Below, in pieces: positions 1-13,258 of a DNA stretch of 64,000 nucleotides (position 1 is the first letter of the stretch; each line of letters opens with the position of its first letter). A program made the position numbers and the translations under genes. Source of the stretch: Hemiscyllium ocellatum (Eukaryota); NCBI RefSeq assembly GCF_020745735.1, contig NC_083410.1, positions 41,824,117 to 41,888,116 on the forward strand. Direction: 5' to 3'. Below the pieces are notes generated by a model. It was not told the origin of the DNA and did no database searches. It was given only the letters and a program-made list of their open reading frames with translations.

Positions 1-956
1 ATGCAATCCATCCATCCATACAGTCTACGCCCTTTATGTTTGATGAATTCAGTCACCCCATCCCTTTCAATACTAAACATCATTATGCCATTTTGTTTTG
101 TATAATGTCATATCCACCATCTAAAACTTTCTGGAAGTACTCAGTTATTGAATATTCCACTAAGACTTGAGGGTTTATGTACGTACATCTTTAATTGGCC
201 CTCTCTGATTTTCTTTTCTTCTTTATGATTGTAGAATACTTGCCTCTCTTTTAATTTTCCTTAGTAATTTAGTTTTGCTGTTACGCTTTGGCCTCCTAAT
301 TTGAATTTTGGCTTCTATCCTAACCTGGTCATACTCCTTTCTTTATCCTCCCTTTCATATTTATGCACACCTTTTCTCTTTATTTTAAAATTGAACTGGT
401 ATTTTGATTTCATTAATGACTTTTTGCACTGCAGTTGCATGGGTTTCTCGTGGACTCTACTGATTTCAGTTTTAAATGTCTCTGATTATTTCCGATTTCA
501 TTCGCAGCAAGTTTTTATTTCTCAAATGTTTGTGGGACATGAGCATCACTAGTTGCCCTTGAGAAGGTGGTGACGAGCTACTTTCTTGAACCGCCACAGT
601 CCAACCTACTGTGGGTTGACTCATAATGCCAATAGGGAGGGAATTCCAGGATTTTGACTCAGTGACAGTGAAGAAACGGTGATATATTTTCAAATCATGG
701 TCGAGAGAGGCTTGGAAGGGAACTCGAAGGTGGTGGTATTCGCATGTATCTACCACCCTTGTACATCTAGATGGAAGTGTCCATAGATTTGGAAGGTGCT
801 ATCGGAAGATCTTTGGTGAATTTCTGCACTGCATCTTGTAGATAATACACACTGCTGCTACATAGCATCAGCACTGAAGAAGCGGATATGGTGCCAATGA
901 AATGGGCTGCTGTGTCCTAGCTTCTCGAGTGTTGTTGGAGTTGCACTTACCCAGGC

Positions 957-1722
957 TGTAATGAAGCTGCTCCTTTAATAAAGTTATGCTGTCCTTTTTG
1001 CTTTTTCTCCCCCGAGGGTTTGTAAACAACAGACTCCGAAAAGTCTGGTTTGAAGATTTTTAGAGATAATTTTATAATAGCTAACAGATACTGCCTCAGA
1101 CAAAAGGCTTTCAAGTTTTTTTAAAAACTTGTACAATAAAAGGAGAGTGGCCAGTCCTCCCAGTTCGGCTTTTCACTGGTTTGGTTTTTAGTAGTACAAA
1201 GGAACCTCAATTATCTGGCCAAATTTCTGAATTTCAGATTATCCTCACAAGATGTCAAGGTCCCGATGCTTGACTAAACTGTGTTATCTGGCATTCGATT
1301 ATAACAAACAAAATACTTCCTGCCTGTGTTGCTTGAATAATCAATGTTCCTCTGTATTGGGGAAAAAGCTGCTTGGATCCAAAGAAGCAGGTCCAGGCTG
1401 GGACTCTCTCTGACTTCTGTTCTGTAAGAACCTGTGTTTGATTTTACCCTTATTGCCAAGGGATGTGTATGGACTTTGTTGAAAGTATTTGCAACAGCAT
1501 CATTAAGTTGGAATGATTTGTTGGGTTTTCGGAGAGATTAAGTTATTCTGTATTATGTTGTTTGTGTTTCATTCAGTAATGTTGTGAATAAATTATGTTT
1601 TGTTTAGAACTAGTGCTTTGACCAGTGGCATTTCTCCTGGAATATCCACTTTACACCTAGCAAAGTTAGGGTCTGGACTACCTTCTTGAAATGTTCTGCG
1701 GGGTCTGGTCTGGTTCACAACA
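957..1722 (+). mobile_element. Solo LTR (copy 1)
   Basis: TG...CA termini, 4-bp TSD AGGC (953-956 and 1723-1726), internal AATAAA, homologous to copies 2 and 3. Confidence 0.85.
1197..1354. mobile_element. TA-flanked pogo/Tigger-type MITE inside solo LTR 1
   Basis: TA|CAAAGGAACCTCAATTAT ... ATAATCAATGTTCCTCTG|TA inverted termini. Confidence 0.8.
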
Positions 1723-3553
1723 AGGCAGCAGGGCAGTATTCCATCACACCCCTGATTTGTACCTTGTAGATGATGGGCAGGCTTTGGGGAGTCAAGAGGT
1801 GAGTTACTCATTACAATATTCCTAGCCTCTGACTTGCTCTTGTACCCACTGTGTTCATGTGGAGAGTTCAGTTGAATTCTTGATCGCGATCAACAGTAAA
1901 CCTGATATTGATAGTGGGGATTTCTATAACGGTAACACCATTGAATGTCATGGGACAGTGGTTAGACTGTCTCTGATTGGTAATGGTCAAAGCTTGACAT
2001 TTGTGTGGCGTGAACATAGCTTGCCACTTGTCAGCCCAAGCCAGGATCCTGTCCAGTCTTAGTGCACATGGACTACTTCAGTATCTGAGGGGTTGTGACT
2101 GATACTGAATATTGTGTAATCATCAGTGAACATCCCCACTTCTGACCTTAAGATGGAGGGAAAGTCATTGATGAAGCAGCTGAAGACCATTGAGCCCAAG
2201 ACACAATTCTGAGGAACTCCTGCAGAGATATCCCAGAACTGAGATGACTGACCTCCAACAACCATGACCATCTTCCTATGTGCCAGATATGACTCTAACC
2301 ATTACAGAGTTGGCCCCATGAAACCCAGTTTTGCTAGGATTCCTTGTTACCACACTCAGTCAAATGCAGCCTTAGTTGTCACTCTCAGCTGACCTCGGAA
2401 TTCAGCTCTTTTGTCCATGCTTGAACCATGGCTGTAATGAGGTCAGGAGCTGAGTAGTCCTAGACAGAATCCAAACTGGGCTTCACTGAGCAGGTTATTT
2501 CTGAGCAAGTGTGACTTGATAACTCTGTTGACGACATCTTCCATCAATTTACTAATGATTGAGAAAATACTGTTGGAGATGTTTACTTGACTGGGTTGGA
2601 TTTGTCCTGCTTTTTATATACAGGACATATCTGCATAATTTTCCACATTGTCGGATAGATGCCAGTATTGTAACTTTCTGGAAGAGCTTGGTTAGGGAAT
2701 CGGCAAGGCCAGCAGCACACGACTTCAGTACTGTTGCCGGAATGTTGTCAGGACCCTTAGCCTTTGCAGTATCCAGTGTCTCCAACTGTTTCTTGATATC
2801 ACATGGAGTGAATTGAATTGGCTGAAGTAGGTATTTAGGCGAAAGTGAGGACTGCAGATGCTAGAGATTAGAGTCGCGAGTGTGGTGCCAGAAATGTACA
2901 GCAGGTCAGGCAGAATCCGAGGAGCAGGAAAATCCTGCCTGACCTGCTGTGCTTTTCCAGCACCACACTCTTGAATGAAGTACGTATCTGTAATGCTGGG
3001 AACCATTGATGGAGGCCAAAATAGATCATCCACTCAGTACTTCTGATTTGAAGATTGCACGAAAACTTCAGCTGATGTGCTAGTCTCTTTGGTCATTAAA
3101 GATGAGGATACTTGTGGATCAGCCTCCTCCAATGAGTTATTTAATTGTTCACCACCATTAAGAGACAGATGATAGCACTGATATAAAGTTATGTCACCTT
3201 TGTAAGTTTTCATAAAAGGATTAGAAACTCAGTTCAGATTCAGAGTAGGATGCAGAGATGTTACCAATGTTCTTTTTCACTCCTTTAAAGTCAGCTTTGC
3301 CTCTAATATGCAAGCATTCATTTTAGTATTTGTCTTACTTTGCCTTCAAGAAAGAGGAGAAGAAATTTGGAAGGAAAATGTACAATTATAGCTTCAGTAA
3401 CTTCTAAAGTATGTTTAAAAAAAAGAAAGTTTTGGCCAGCTCAACAGAAAAAAATGACAACAGCCGATAACATGTAGTTAGAATTTTTAAGTGTTAATAT
3501 ATGGCAAAATTACAAGCATTACCAATTTAAGTTGTCATTACAAAAGAATTTAC

Positions 3554-3705
3554 CTGAGCTCTGCCCTTGATACTTGCAGTATCGATGAACCACTGTTTGC
3601 TGGCTCGTATAATTACTGGCTTCTTTGTTCTCCAGTCGTACGGGTAACTGTGTTTTACGTTGTCCTCTTTCAATAACATGTTTGCTCCATGCAACATTTG
3701 AATAA
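3554..3705 (-). CDS. IARS2: IARS2 exon 11 (gene continues left of the window)
   Basis: [23 protein letters not shown] motif; 152 nt. Confidence 0.96.
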
Positions 3706-5061
3706 CTAATGAAATTCAGAAATTAAAATCCATAAAAACTGCATAAAGACTATGACCTATTAAGAAAAAGTGGCACAGTTTCCAAGAAAAATAAATTGAA
3801 AACTAAAGCAATGTTAATAATACTCATCATTATAATAACAAAACACTTGGTGAAATGAAGCTATGATAAATTAAATATAATGGCAAGAGCATGCTTTACT
3901 ATAGTTTATCCACATAAAGCAGTGGTATAACTCGCAAGAAACTAGAATCTGCAATCACGTGGCAGCTAAAAAGCAACTCCACACCAGTGCAATTTCTCAA
4001 CTGTAAATTAAATTTCACATTTCACTGAGCTGCTGGAATCAAGCTGCTAGCATGATATGCTATGAGTTGCTTCAAACTAAACATATTATTTTGATTGCAG
4101 GTCTTCAATTGTTTTCAAGGACCGGTCAGTTTATAACACTTATTAATTTCCAACAGCACACCAAGTAGAGAGCCAGTGATGCTTGCTGGATCCGAAAATT
4201 AGAACAAATACAATTCTAAAAAATTTAATTATGTAAATATGCCAGATAATGCTTCAATGTGCTTTCATACTTGGACAATTCATTACACAGAAATTTGTAA
4301 TTATATCAAAGAAGAATTAAGCACAGATTGGGGATTGCTTTGCAGGAAGAGGAATACATCAAATCTAACAGCAATCTCTCAGAACAAAACTTGCACACTC
4401 ATCCATCAGCTAGATGTCAGTCATCTGACTTTCTCAAGATGGACACGATGGATGGTTGAACAAGACAAAGCAGTGAGAAAACAAAGCTAAATTAAAATCA
4501 GAATTAGGAGTTTTTGATTTTATTTTCACCAAATTTCTACCTTCTACTCTTTCAGGATTTGGTTTTTCCCTGGTTTACTATTGTTGGCTTTATAATTACT
4601 AGGTAACATCAAACAGCTCAACCACATGGCTATTATTCACATGGCAAATCGCACCAAGAAGCACCAGCAGGATGTGCAATGACAGTGGGCATTACACAAT
4701 TTTCCTCATCTTTCTGCTTACATATCTACTCTTCAAAAGAGTGGTTATTGGCCATTAAATTACAATTTAGACAAACCAAACATTGTGCAATATTAATGAA
4801 TGCGCTTTCTTAATCAAAATTCTTGCATAGGCATCAGAAGTATAATCTCCAATTGATTTTGCCCTAAACAAAAGATATTAAAGCCACTTTGTTTCTTCAA
4901 CCACTTTTGCTGAGCTCAGCTAAACAAATCTAAAGCAAGGATTAAATGTTCAACATTACTTGTCACCACAATTCAGTTACTAACATCCAAACCCAATGAA
5001 TCATTGGGAGAACAATGTAAACAAGATTTCCTAAAAATTCTCCAGCAGAGGTTTTACTAAC

Positions 5062-5152
5062 CTGTTTCATTTCCTTCATTGAGGACATACTTGTTTTGAA
5101 GCTCTAATCCAGCCGCTTCAGTGAAAAAGCCATTTTCATCCACTAAACAGTC
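5062..5152 (-). CDS. IARS2: IARS2 exon 10
   Basis: [30 protein letters not shown]; 91 nt. Confidence 0.95.
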
Positions 5153-6109
5153 CTAAATAGTGAAAACCAAACTAATTAAAACTGCAGCAATTGTGAATAT
5201 AATGCACCATCCAGGACGAGACATGGCAAAATTTCCTCCAATTATAGAGTGGGTAGACTGAAACTATTATCTTTGGTACCTGCCACAAATACGGTTCCTC
5301 AGCTACTGACTCCAGCATCCCTCTAGATGAGACTAGACTAGATTGGTTGGCACTTCCACATCCTACCTGAATCTGAACTCAGTAATCCTTTTTTTTAAGT
5401 CACAAAGATGACACAATTTTATGTGAATACTGTTGTCTGCCCCCACCAAGCCTCAATCCAACTGCTGCTGTAACCCTCATTCATGCTTTTATTACATCCA
5501 GACTTAAAATACTTTCCCAACCAGAATCACATCTTCCACTCTTTGTAAACTTAAGCTTGTCCAAATAGTATTCAGAAACTATTCCCTCCAATTGGAGAAT
5601 CTAGTATGAAGAAAAAGGTAGAGCTAGGCCTTTCAGGAAAAAAAAATAGAAAACTCTGACACACAAAAGTTTGAAATGCGCTTCCACGAATGGGAGTAGA
5701 TGCTAGATCAAGTGTAAATTTTAAGTCAGAAATGATTGCTTTTTGTTTACCAATATTATTAAAGAGATATGAGGCAACAGCAGAGAATATGAAGGCAGGT
5801 TTCAGTTCAGTCATGATTTCATTAAATGGCAGAACAAAATAGCAGGTTCAATGGGTTAAATAGCCAGCTCCTGTCCCTATGCCATATTCTAATCCACAGC
5901 AACCTATTTACCCATTACCACTGCCCTTGCTGGCCTACACTGACTATGTAAATAAAGGCTGTTGTTGTGGTATATACGCTTCTCCCAACCTGACTTTATT
6001 CAATGCATTGCTGTTGTTAGAATCACAGAGTTTAGGTGGTCACCATTTGGCTCATTATACATGTACTTGCATTATTAGGCATTTGAGTACATATTAATCT
6101 GTAACTTAC

Positions 6110-6279
6110 AACAGAGAGTTTGTGGTGAGAAGCAACACCGTAATCTTCCATTCCATGAGCTGGGGCAGTATGGACCAATCCTGTCCCTTTAACCATTGTG
6201 ACATGGTTCGCAGGCAAAAGCTGGGATTCCCTTCCAGGAATTATGGGATGTCTACAGACTCCACCTTTTAAATCAGAAC
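6110..6279 (-). CDS. IARS2: IARS2 exon 9
   Basis: [27 protein letters not shown] editing-site motif; 170 nt. Confidence 0.97.
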
Positions 6280-6784
6280 CTATACCCGGAGAAGTAATAA
6301 TATAACTGCATAAAGAGTTATGAAGGATTCAAAATGTATCAAACTCCATACAATGAAAGCCATTCTGCTTTTTGGTAGTAGCTAATCTAATTTGATTTTA
6401 ATATATAAAGCAACTCGTCTCTGTATTCTATGCATAATGAGGAAGGGAAAAGAATTCAGCCATGTTCTCTCAACTGATCATCAATCAGCAAGCTCTGCTG
6501 AAAGTGGTTTTATGTAGAATTCAAGGCTTGACCAGAATACATCTCGAAAAGCCTCTTAATATATTCATTGTCCAGGCCCATACCTGTAACTTGTCATCTG
6601 AACAAAGTCTTAGAAGTATATTCTTGCACATGAAACCATGGCCCAAAAATAAATCCAACATTTAGGACATAGATACAAATGTAAAAATTGGAGATGAGAT
6701 ATAATTTAGAAAACATTATAAAGTGCTATAACTTTCAATGAAATAAAGAAAAACTCAAGATAAATCTACTTTAATTTCTCTTGC

Positions 6785-6900
6785 CTGTGACTGTCTGAAG
6801 AATTTCAAACTGAGCGTCCAGGATTTTTGCTGTAGATTCTACACATTCTGTACCTAGAAGGTAGAGTTCCTCTGTATTTAAGCACTTCACTAGAGAATAC
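6785..6900 (-). CDS. IARS2: IARS2 exon 8
   Basis: YSLVKCLNTEELYLLGTECVESTAKILDAQFEILQTVTG; 116 nt, ends at a GC donor (CAG|GCAAGA). Confidence 0.88.
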
Positions 6901-7652
6901 CTGCATTCAGAAACAGCGCAGTATATTAGGAATTTACTGACATTTTTAACTGCGGAATTTGATATCCAAATTTCACCATGATAAAACAAGAAAATGAGCT
7001 ATCTTCCAGTTTTCGAATACAACTTGACAGTTACTAATGCCAACTGTACTGTGAGAAACCTCACCTTTACATGACAACAGTTAATTGTGTTAAACTACAA
7101 ATTGTATGTTTCAAGTGTACTGAAAATTGTAATACAGTATATTAAAATATTCAATGTTCAAGTCGCAAAGAAAAGTTATCATACTTTTAAAGCTATCATT
7201 TCTAAAGACAGTACAAAATGTTCATAGAAACCTTCAACTTCACTACACCAAAATCTACACATTCATTTCAATTTAAGGGAAAATTTTATGGCTTTAGATT
7301 CTTCCCTGACCAGTTACTTAATAGTGGTGGCAAGTATCTGTGGGTTAATGGTTACATTTTATTCAAAAGCTCGATTTGTGCGAAAACACAATAGTACCTT
7401 GGCTTAAAAATTTAAATCAATATCAGACATGGAACACAATGATTTGTTTCTCCTAAAGAAGCATCTTCTTCACAAAGACTTACAAAGTCAAACTGTATTC
7501 AGAGGATCAGGTCATTCAAAATTTAATTGGTATTTGATCAGACAATTTTGATTACATTGTGGACAGTTCTCGGCAGGAGGTAAAAGCAAATAATGTCATT
7601 CAAGGAGGCACCTTATTCTAATGTGGAACTTATAACTAACATCAGAACTTAC

Positions 7653-7743
7653 TCAGCATTTGGCATATAACAAACTGCCTGGTTAGCTGGAATTGTCCAA
7701 GGCTGGGTTGTCCAGATTAATGCATGAACAGAGGATGCATCCC
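7653..7743 (-). CDS. IARS2: IARS2 exon 7 (CP1 editing domain)
   Basis: [19 protein letters not shown] motif; 91 nt, donor GTAAGT. Confidence 0.96.
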
Positions 7744-8917
7744 CTGAAAGATAAAATAGTTATTTTCCAACTATTGCAAAGTAAAAAGACAAACTTTTTT
7801 TTTACAACCTGACGTTCATATTATTGATGCATCAAGTCAAATATTACTTTTTCTACTGAAAGCATCTTTCTGATATCTATCAACTTATCAAATGCATTCT
7901 ATTATTTTTCAGAGCTGTGGACATAACTGTCTTGTTGAAAGAAAACATAAATAATCTAAAGACATTAACCAATGAGCCCATACTTATCATATTTCACTTA
8001 TTTCCATTAATCACTTTAAGTAACTAGCACATATCTGTAAATAGTGCATCACAGGATACTTGCCTCTTCCCACAAAACCATAAGTAACAGGAACGAGAAT
8101 AGGCCATTCAGCCCCTTGAGCCTGCACCACCATTCAATAGAATCATGGCTGATCCAACATTCTTCATTGTCACTTTCCTGCATTTTCCCCTTAACCTTCG
8201 ATTCCTCTACTTATCAAGAACCTATCAATCTTAGCCTGAAATATACACAAGGACATTGCCCCACAGCTCCCTCTGGGTGGGATTTCCTTTTATTCTGGTC
8301 CTAGACACCAGGGGAACCATCCTCTCAGCAATTATCCTGTCAAGCCCCTTAAGAATCCTATATATTTCAATGAGATCACTTCCCATTCTTCTAAACTCCA
8401 ATCTGCTTAGCCTTTGCTCATAAGCTAATCCCCCCTCAGACAAAGGAGCCTAATGAACATTCTCTGAACTGTCTCCAATGAAATTACATCTTTCCCTAAA
8501 TAAGGGACCAAAACTGCTAACAATATTCCAGATGTATGGTCTCACCACCACCTTGCACAGTTGCTCTAAGATGTCCCTACTCTTATACTCTAACTTACTT
8601 GAAATAAGGGCCAACATTCCATTAGCCTTCCTGATTATCTGCTGCACGTGTGGTAGATTTGTGTGTTTCAATTACAAGTAACCCCAGTCTCTTTGTGTTA
8701 CAGCTTTCTGCAATTTTTGTCCATTTAAACGATATTCTGTTCTTTTGTTCTCCTTTCCAAAATGAACAATTTCATATTTTACCACATTGTACTCTATTTG
8801 ACACCTTTTCAATCACATACATAACCTATCAATATCTCTCTGCAGACTGTTTGTATCCCTCTGGCAACCTGACTTTCCATCTATTTTTGCATTGCCTGCA
8901 GATTTGCCACAGTACAT

Positions 8918-9853
8918 TGTGATGATGCTGCCCCTGTAACAAGGTTGTGTTGTCCTTGTTTTTTTTAAATCAAGTGGGGTTGTAAAGGCAGAGGTCCCAT
9001 TATGTCTGGAAATGCCTACTTCATAAACAATGGCAGGGGAGTGGCCAATTCTCCCAGTTCAGTTTTTTTTTCCTAGTTTGGTTTAGTTTTAGCAAGCAAT
9101 GAGAAACTGCTGGGGACCTAGAGAAGCAGCTACAGTGAAAACAGGTTGCATGCTTCAACAGAGGTCTTGCCTAAACCTCTCTGAAAACTGTCCTGCCTGT
9201 AAGAACCTGAGTTGAATTTACCTTTAGCCAACGGGTGTGTTTATGGGATGTTGCAGGAATTGGAACAGCGTTATTAAGTGGTGATATTTTGTTGGTTGGC
9301 TTATCAAATAAGCTATTCTAAATTCTGGTTTCTTTTGATCGTGGTTCATCCGTAATAAAGAACAAAAATCAAAAAACAAAAAAAATTTACAGCCCAGGAA
9401 CAGGCCCTTTGGCCCTCCAAGCCTGAGTTGATCCAAATGTACAGTCTAAACCTGTCATTCAATTCCTAAGCATTTGTATCCCTCTGCTCCCTACCTACTC
9501 ATGGATTTGTCCAGACACATCTTAAATGAATCTACCGTGCCTGCCTCTACCACCTCTGCTGGCAACGCGTTCCAAATGCCCCGCACCCTCTGTGTGAAGT
9601 AGTTGCCACATGTATCCCCCTTAAACTTTCCACCTCTCACCTTGAAAGCATGACCTCTTGTTATTGAATCCTTCACCCTGGGAAAAAGCTTAGCTATAAA
9701 ATATGTTTAAATAAATTCTGTTTTGTTAGAAGCAAAGTGGTTTGACCAGCTGCATCACTCCTCAAATATCTACTTTACATATCCTATAAAAAAGGTTAGG
9801 TTCTGGGCTATCTTCTTAAAATGTTTTGAGGAGGTCTGACCTGGTCCATAATA
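8918..9853 (+). mobile_element. Solo LTR (copy 2) with a nested CR1 3' fragment (about 9365-9695)
   Basis: TGTGATG...CCATAATA termini, TSD ACAT (8914-8917 and 9854-9857). Confidence 0.8.
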
Positions 9854-9969
9854 ACATTCATTTCCTTATTCCAAGTCATTAATACATATTGTAAACTATT
9901 GGAGTCCCAGCACTGATCTGTGTGGAACACACTGGTTGTAGGTCACCAACTTGAAAGAGAAACTTTTAT

Positions 9970-10183
9970 CTTCACTAAATAAAAACCGAAAGAACTGTGG
10001 ATGCTGTAAATCAGAAACAAAACAGAAATTGCTAGAAAAGCTCAGCAGGTCTGGCAGCATCTGTGAAGAGAAACTAGAGTTAATGTTTCAGGTCGAGGGA
10101 CCGTTCCTCAGAAAGGTAACTCTGATTTCTTTCTACAGATGCTGCCAGACCTGCTGAGTTTTTCCAGCAATTTCTGTTTTTGC
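9970..10183. mobile_element. Fold-back Penelope-derived element
   Basis: AAAACAGAAATTGCTAGAAAAGCTCAGCAGGTCTGGCAGCATCTG is inverted at 10135-10181. Confidence 0.72.
10078..10114 (-). ncRNA. Minimal hammerhead ribozyme relic, sense to the IARS2 pre-mRNA
   Basis: UU-CUGAGGA-A-cGGUC-CCUC-GACCu-GAAAC-AUU-AACU. Confidence 0.55.
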
Positions 10184-12776
10184 CCTTTATCCCCACTTGT
10201 TGTTTCCTGCCATTAGCCAATTGTCTGTCCATGCCAATATACTATCTCCAAACACCATCGGCTCTTATCTTAAGACTTAACCTTTTGTGAGGTATCTGGT
10301 TGAATGTCTTCTGGAAGATCAAATACAACACATCTATAGGTCCCCTTCTATGCACTCTGATTCAGACTTCCTGGAAACATTCTAACAGACACAATTTTCC
10401 TTTCATGAAGCCATTCTGCCTCTGCTTGATTAGATTAAGGTTTACCAAATATTTTGCTATTACTTCCTTAAAATTGATTCTAATACTTTTCCAACAATAG
10501 ATCTTAGACCAATTGGCTTATAGTTAGCTGCATTTTGCCTCCCCTGCATTTTGAATAGGCTTGTCACATTAGCAGTTTTACAATTTTCTATTACTTCTCC
10601 AGAAACCAAGGATTTACAGCTAATGCATCCACTACTCTGCAGCTACCTATTTTAGAATTCGAGGATGCCAGGCATCAGATCCACGAGATTTATCTGCATT
10701 TTGCGCCAATACATCATCTAATACTACTGCTTTAATAATGGTGTTGGCACTTAATTCTTCCCCTGTAGCCTTTATTAATGCTCTTAATCGGATGCTCAAC
10801 CTATCTTTAAAGACTGATGTGAAATACTTGTTTAATTTCTCTGTCATTTCTTTGTTCCCATAACCATCTCCTTAAATTAATTTTCTAAGGGGCTGAAGTT
10901 TACTTTGATCTCAATCTTACTTTTATATATGTAAAGAAACTTAATGTCAGTTTTTATATTCCTCACCACTTTGTCCTCATAGTTTATTTTCTGTCTTTAT
11001 TATCTTATGAGTTCATCTTTGCTGGATTCTGAATTTATTCCAGCATGTGGGGCTATCACTGATTTTGGACTCCTTATATACGTTTACTTTCAATTTAATA
11101 TTCTCCTTACCTTCCAACGATGGTCATGGTTGATTTATCCCTCTCTTTAGAATCTTGACGCCTTACTACTATTTTTGCTGAGAGTCACAAATTACCTTTT
11201 AAATGTTTGTCACTGCTTGCTTACTGTCAGTCCTGGTAATGTACCCACCTAGTTCATTTTAGCTGACTCTATCGTCACTTCATTATAATACCCTTTATTT
11301 AAGTTAAACACAGTTGTTTCTAAACCAAGTTTCTCACTCTTGAACTGAATATTAAATTCTCCATTATGATCACTACTTCCTATGGAAACTTTTACTATGG
11401 GTTCGTTTGTTAAAACTTATTTTATCACCCATTACAAATTCAAGGTAGCCTGCTCCCTAGGTGGATCCATGAACAGTATTCTCAGAAACTATCTCTGCTG
11501 CTCTCTTATGAATTTGTTGTCATAGCTATCCTTCCCAAGTTGATTAATCCAATCACTATGAAGATTAAAGTCACCCATAATTATTGTTTTATTCTTTGTA
11601 CATACTCCTATTACTTGTTAATTTATCACCTTTCCTACAGGGTGGCTGCTGTTTAAAGGTCTATTCCTACCAATGTTTTCTTTCCCTTGTTTTTTATTTA
11701 AAACCTGCACCCAAGTTTATTCTACATTATGCAGGCCTAGATCGAGTCTCGCAACTGTCCTCATTTCATCTCTCATTAATAGTGTTACCTCACTATCTTT
11801 TCCATCACTCTTGTCTCTCTGTAAGGTCAAATGTCCTTGTATGTAAAGTTCTCAGTTTTAATCTCTATGTGGCCATGTTTCCATAATGGTTATAAGATCA
11901 TATTCATTTACCTCAACCTGCGCAGTCAGTTCCTCTACTTTATTCCGAATGCTTTGTGCGTAAAGATACAAAGTCTTTAAATTTATTCTGCTAGTTATTT
12001 CCCTTCACTTTTATGGGTGTTTGATGTGATGTGACAATTGCACATTCTGTCCCTTCTTTTTAGTTTCTGATAATAATCAGCCCCATCACTAACCTGCATC
12101 CAACCTTCTCCTTTACTTTAGATTCTCATTTTCCATGCAACTGAACCCATTCACTGTGCTCCTCCTTCCCTCCAAATGCTCATATTTCCTTAGCAGAACC
12201 TCTTCCTATCGTTGGTATCTAAGTGGACCAAGACAACTGGATCTTTCCACTCCAACTCCAGGTTTTTCTACAGCTCAGGTCAGATATCCTGAAACTGGGT
12301 ACCAGGCAGACTACACAGGCTTTTGGATACTTGATCCTGGCCACAGAGAACCATGTTTATTCCTCTGACTATACTAGAATTTCAGCATCCTTCCAGCTAC
12401 CAAACAATTATCAACTAGTGATTTGAACCATTAACACTCATCTTAAGTTAACTGGTGGGACGTACAGTTTGTCAAGGTAACTGATAATCACTGAAGGGCT
12501 GAAAGCAACTGTTCACTTGCTATTCAAATGTCAGCCTAGATAAAGAAGTATTGTCAGGCTGTTCACTCACAGTATTAGAAATGCTTAACATATAGCCTAT
12601 CTATACATTTTCCTTTATATAAAAGACAGTGCATAAGAAAGCACCAACCACTCTCCACTCTACCTATATTTTTCCCTAGATTTGATACTCTGTTATTTAA
12701 TGAGCTGCATCCCCAAGCTGAATCTGAGCCAAAACTCCTACAGCGGACAATACTAAATTTGTGACAAACACTCTAC

Positions 12777-12886
12777 CTGATGCTGAAGCTAATTTGGAGG
12801 GAACTTTTACGAGAGGAAACTTGACATATGCCGATCGACTAACATGCTGCTGATTGTATTCAAGTTCAGCTTCAGCCAAGGCTGTT
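12777..12886 (-). CDS. IARS2: IARS2 exon 6
   Basis: [25 protein letters not shown]; 110 nt. Confidence 0.95.
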
Positions 12887-12981
12887 CTGCAAAGATAGAT
12901 GAAAAAAAATAACAAACATTGTACTTTGTGTGAGAAATAACTAAAACTTCAAAATTACCAACAATAAAAGAAGTGACAAAC

Positions 12982-13031
12982 CTTGTGGAAGGAGACCAAA
13001 ACACGGGTTTGTAGTCTTGATAAATATACCC
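12982..13031 (-). CDS. IARS2: IARS2 exon 5
   Basis: GYIYQDYKPVFWSPSTR; 50 nt, AAG acceptor, GT donor. Confidence 0.93.
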
Positions 13032-13109
13032 CTTAAGGCGAAGAGAAGTAAAATTACCAGATTTTCAAGATTTGAACAACTCGTAAAACTTACAAGAACA
13101 ATAAAATAC

Positions 13110-13258
13110 CTCATCAAACATTTTGTGGAAAACTTCTAACTGTTTAGCTTCATACTGTTTGTCAAACGTATAATAACATTTATCCCAATCAGCCATCACG
13201 CCCCATCGAATGAACGCTGCTCGTTGGCGCTCAATTGTTCTTTCTGCAAATTCTTTGG
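13110..13258 (-). CDS. IARS2: IARS2 exon 4
   Basis: [25 protein letters not shown]...FDE; 149 nt, phase consistent. Confidence 0.95.

Larger units (their letters stand above)
530..3160 (-). mobile_element. Old CR1/L2-group LINE hosting solo LTR 1
   Basis: RT remnants KAKGPDNIP..VLK and SAGVPQNCVLG...FIND...FTDD; a related copy at about 47290-47660 and 50740-51230 hosts the young CR1. Confidence 0.75.
8075..12400 (-). mobile_element. Old CR1 LINE in IARS2 intron 6, interrupted by solo LTR 2 and a fold-back element
   Basis: RT remnants KANGMLA.I...LEYKS, LNKYFTSVF, DKS.G.D..HPRILK. Confidence 0.75.

Noticed and set aside
3750-3985. miR-215/192-like ATGACCTAT and miR-194-like AGCAACTCCA matches (this cluster lies in a human IARS2 intron)
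   Set aside because: These are only 9-10 nt matches with no full mature sequence or hairpin. The expected intron is probably left of this window.
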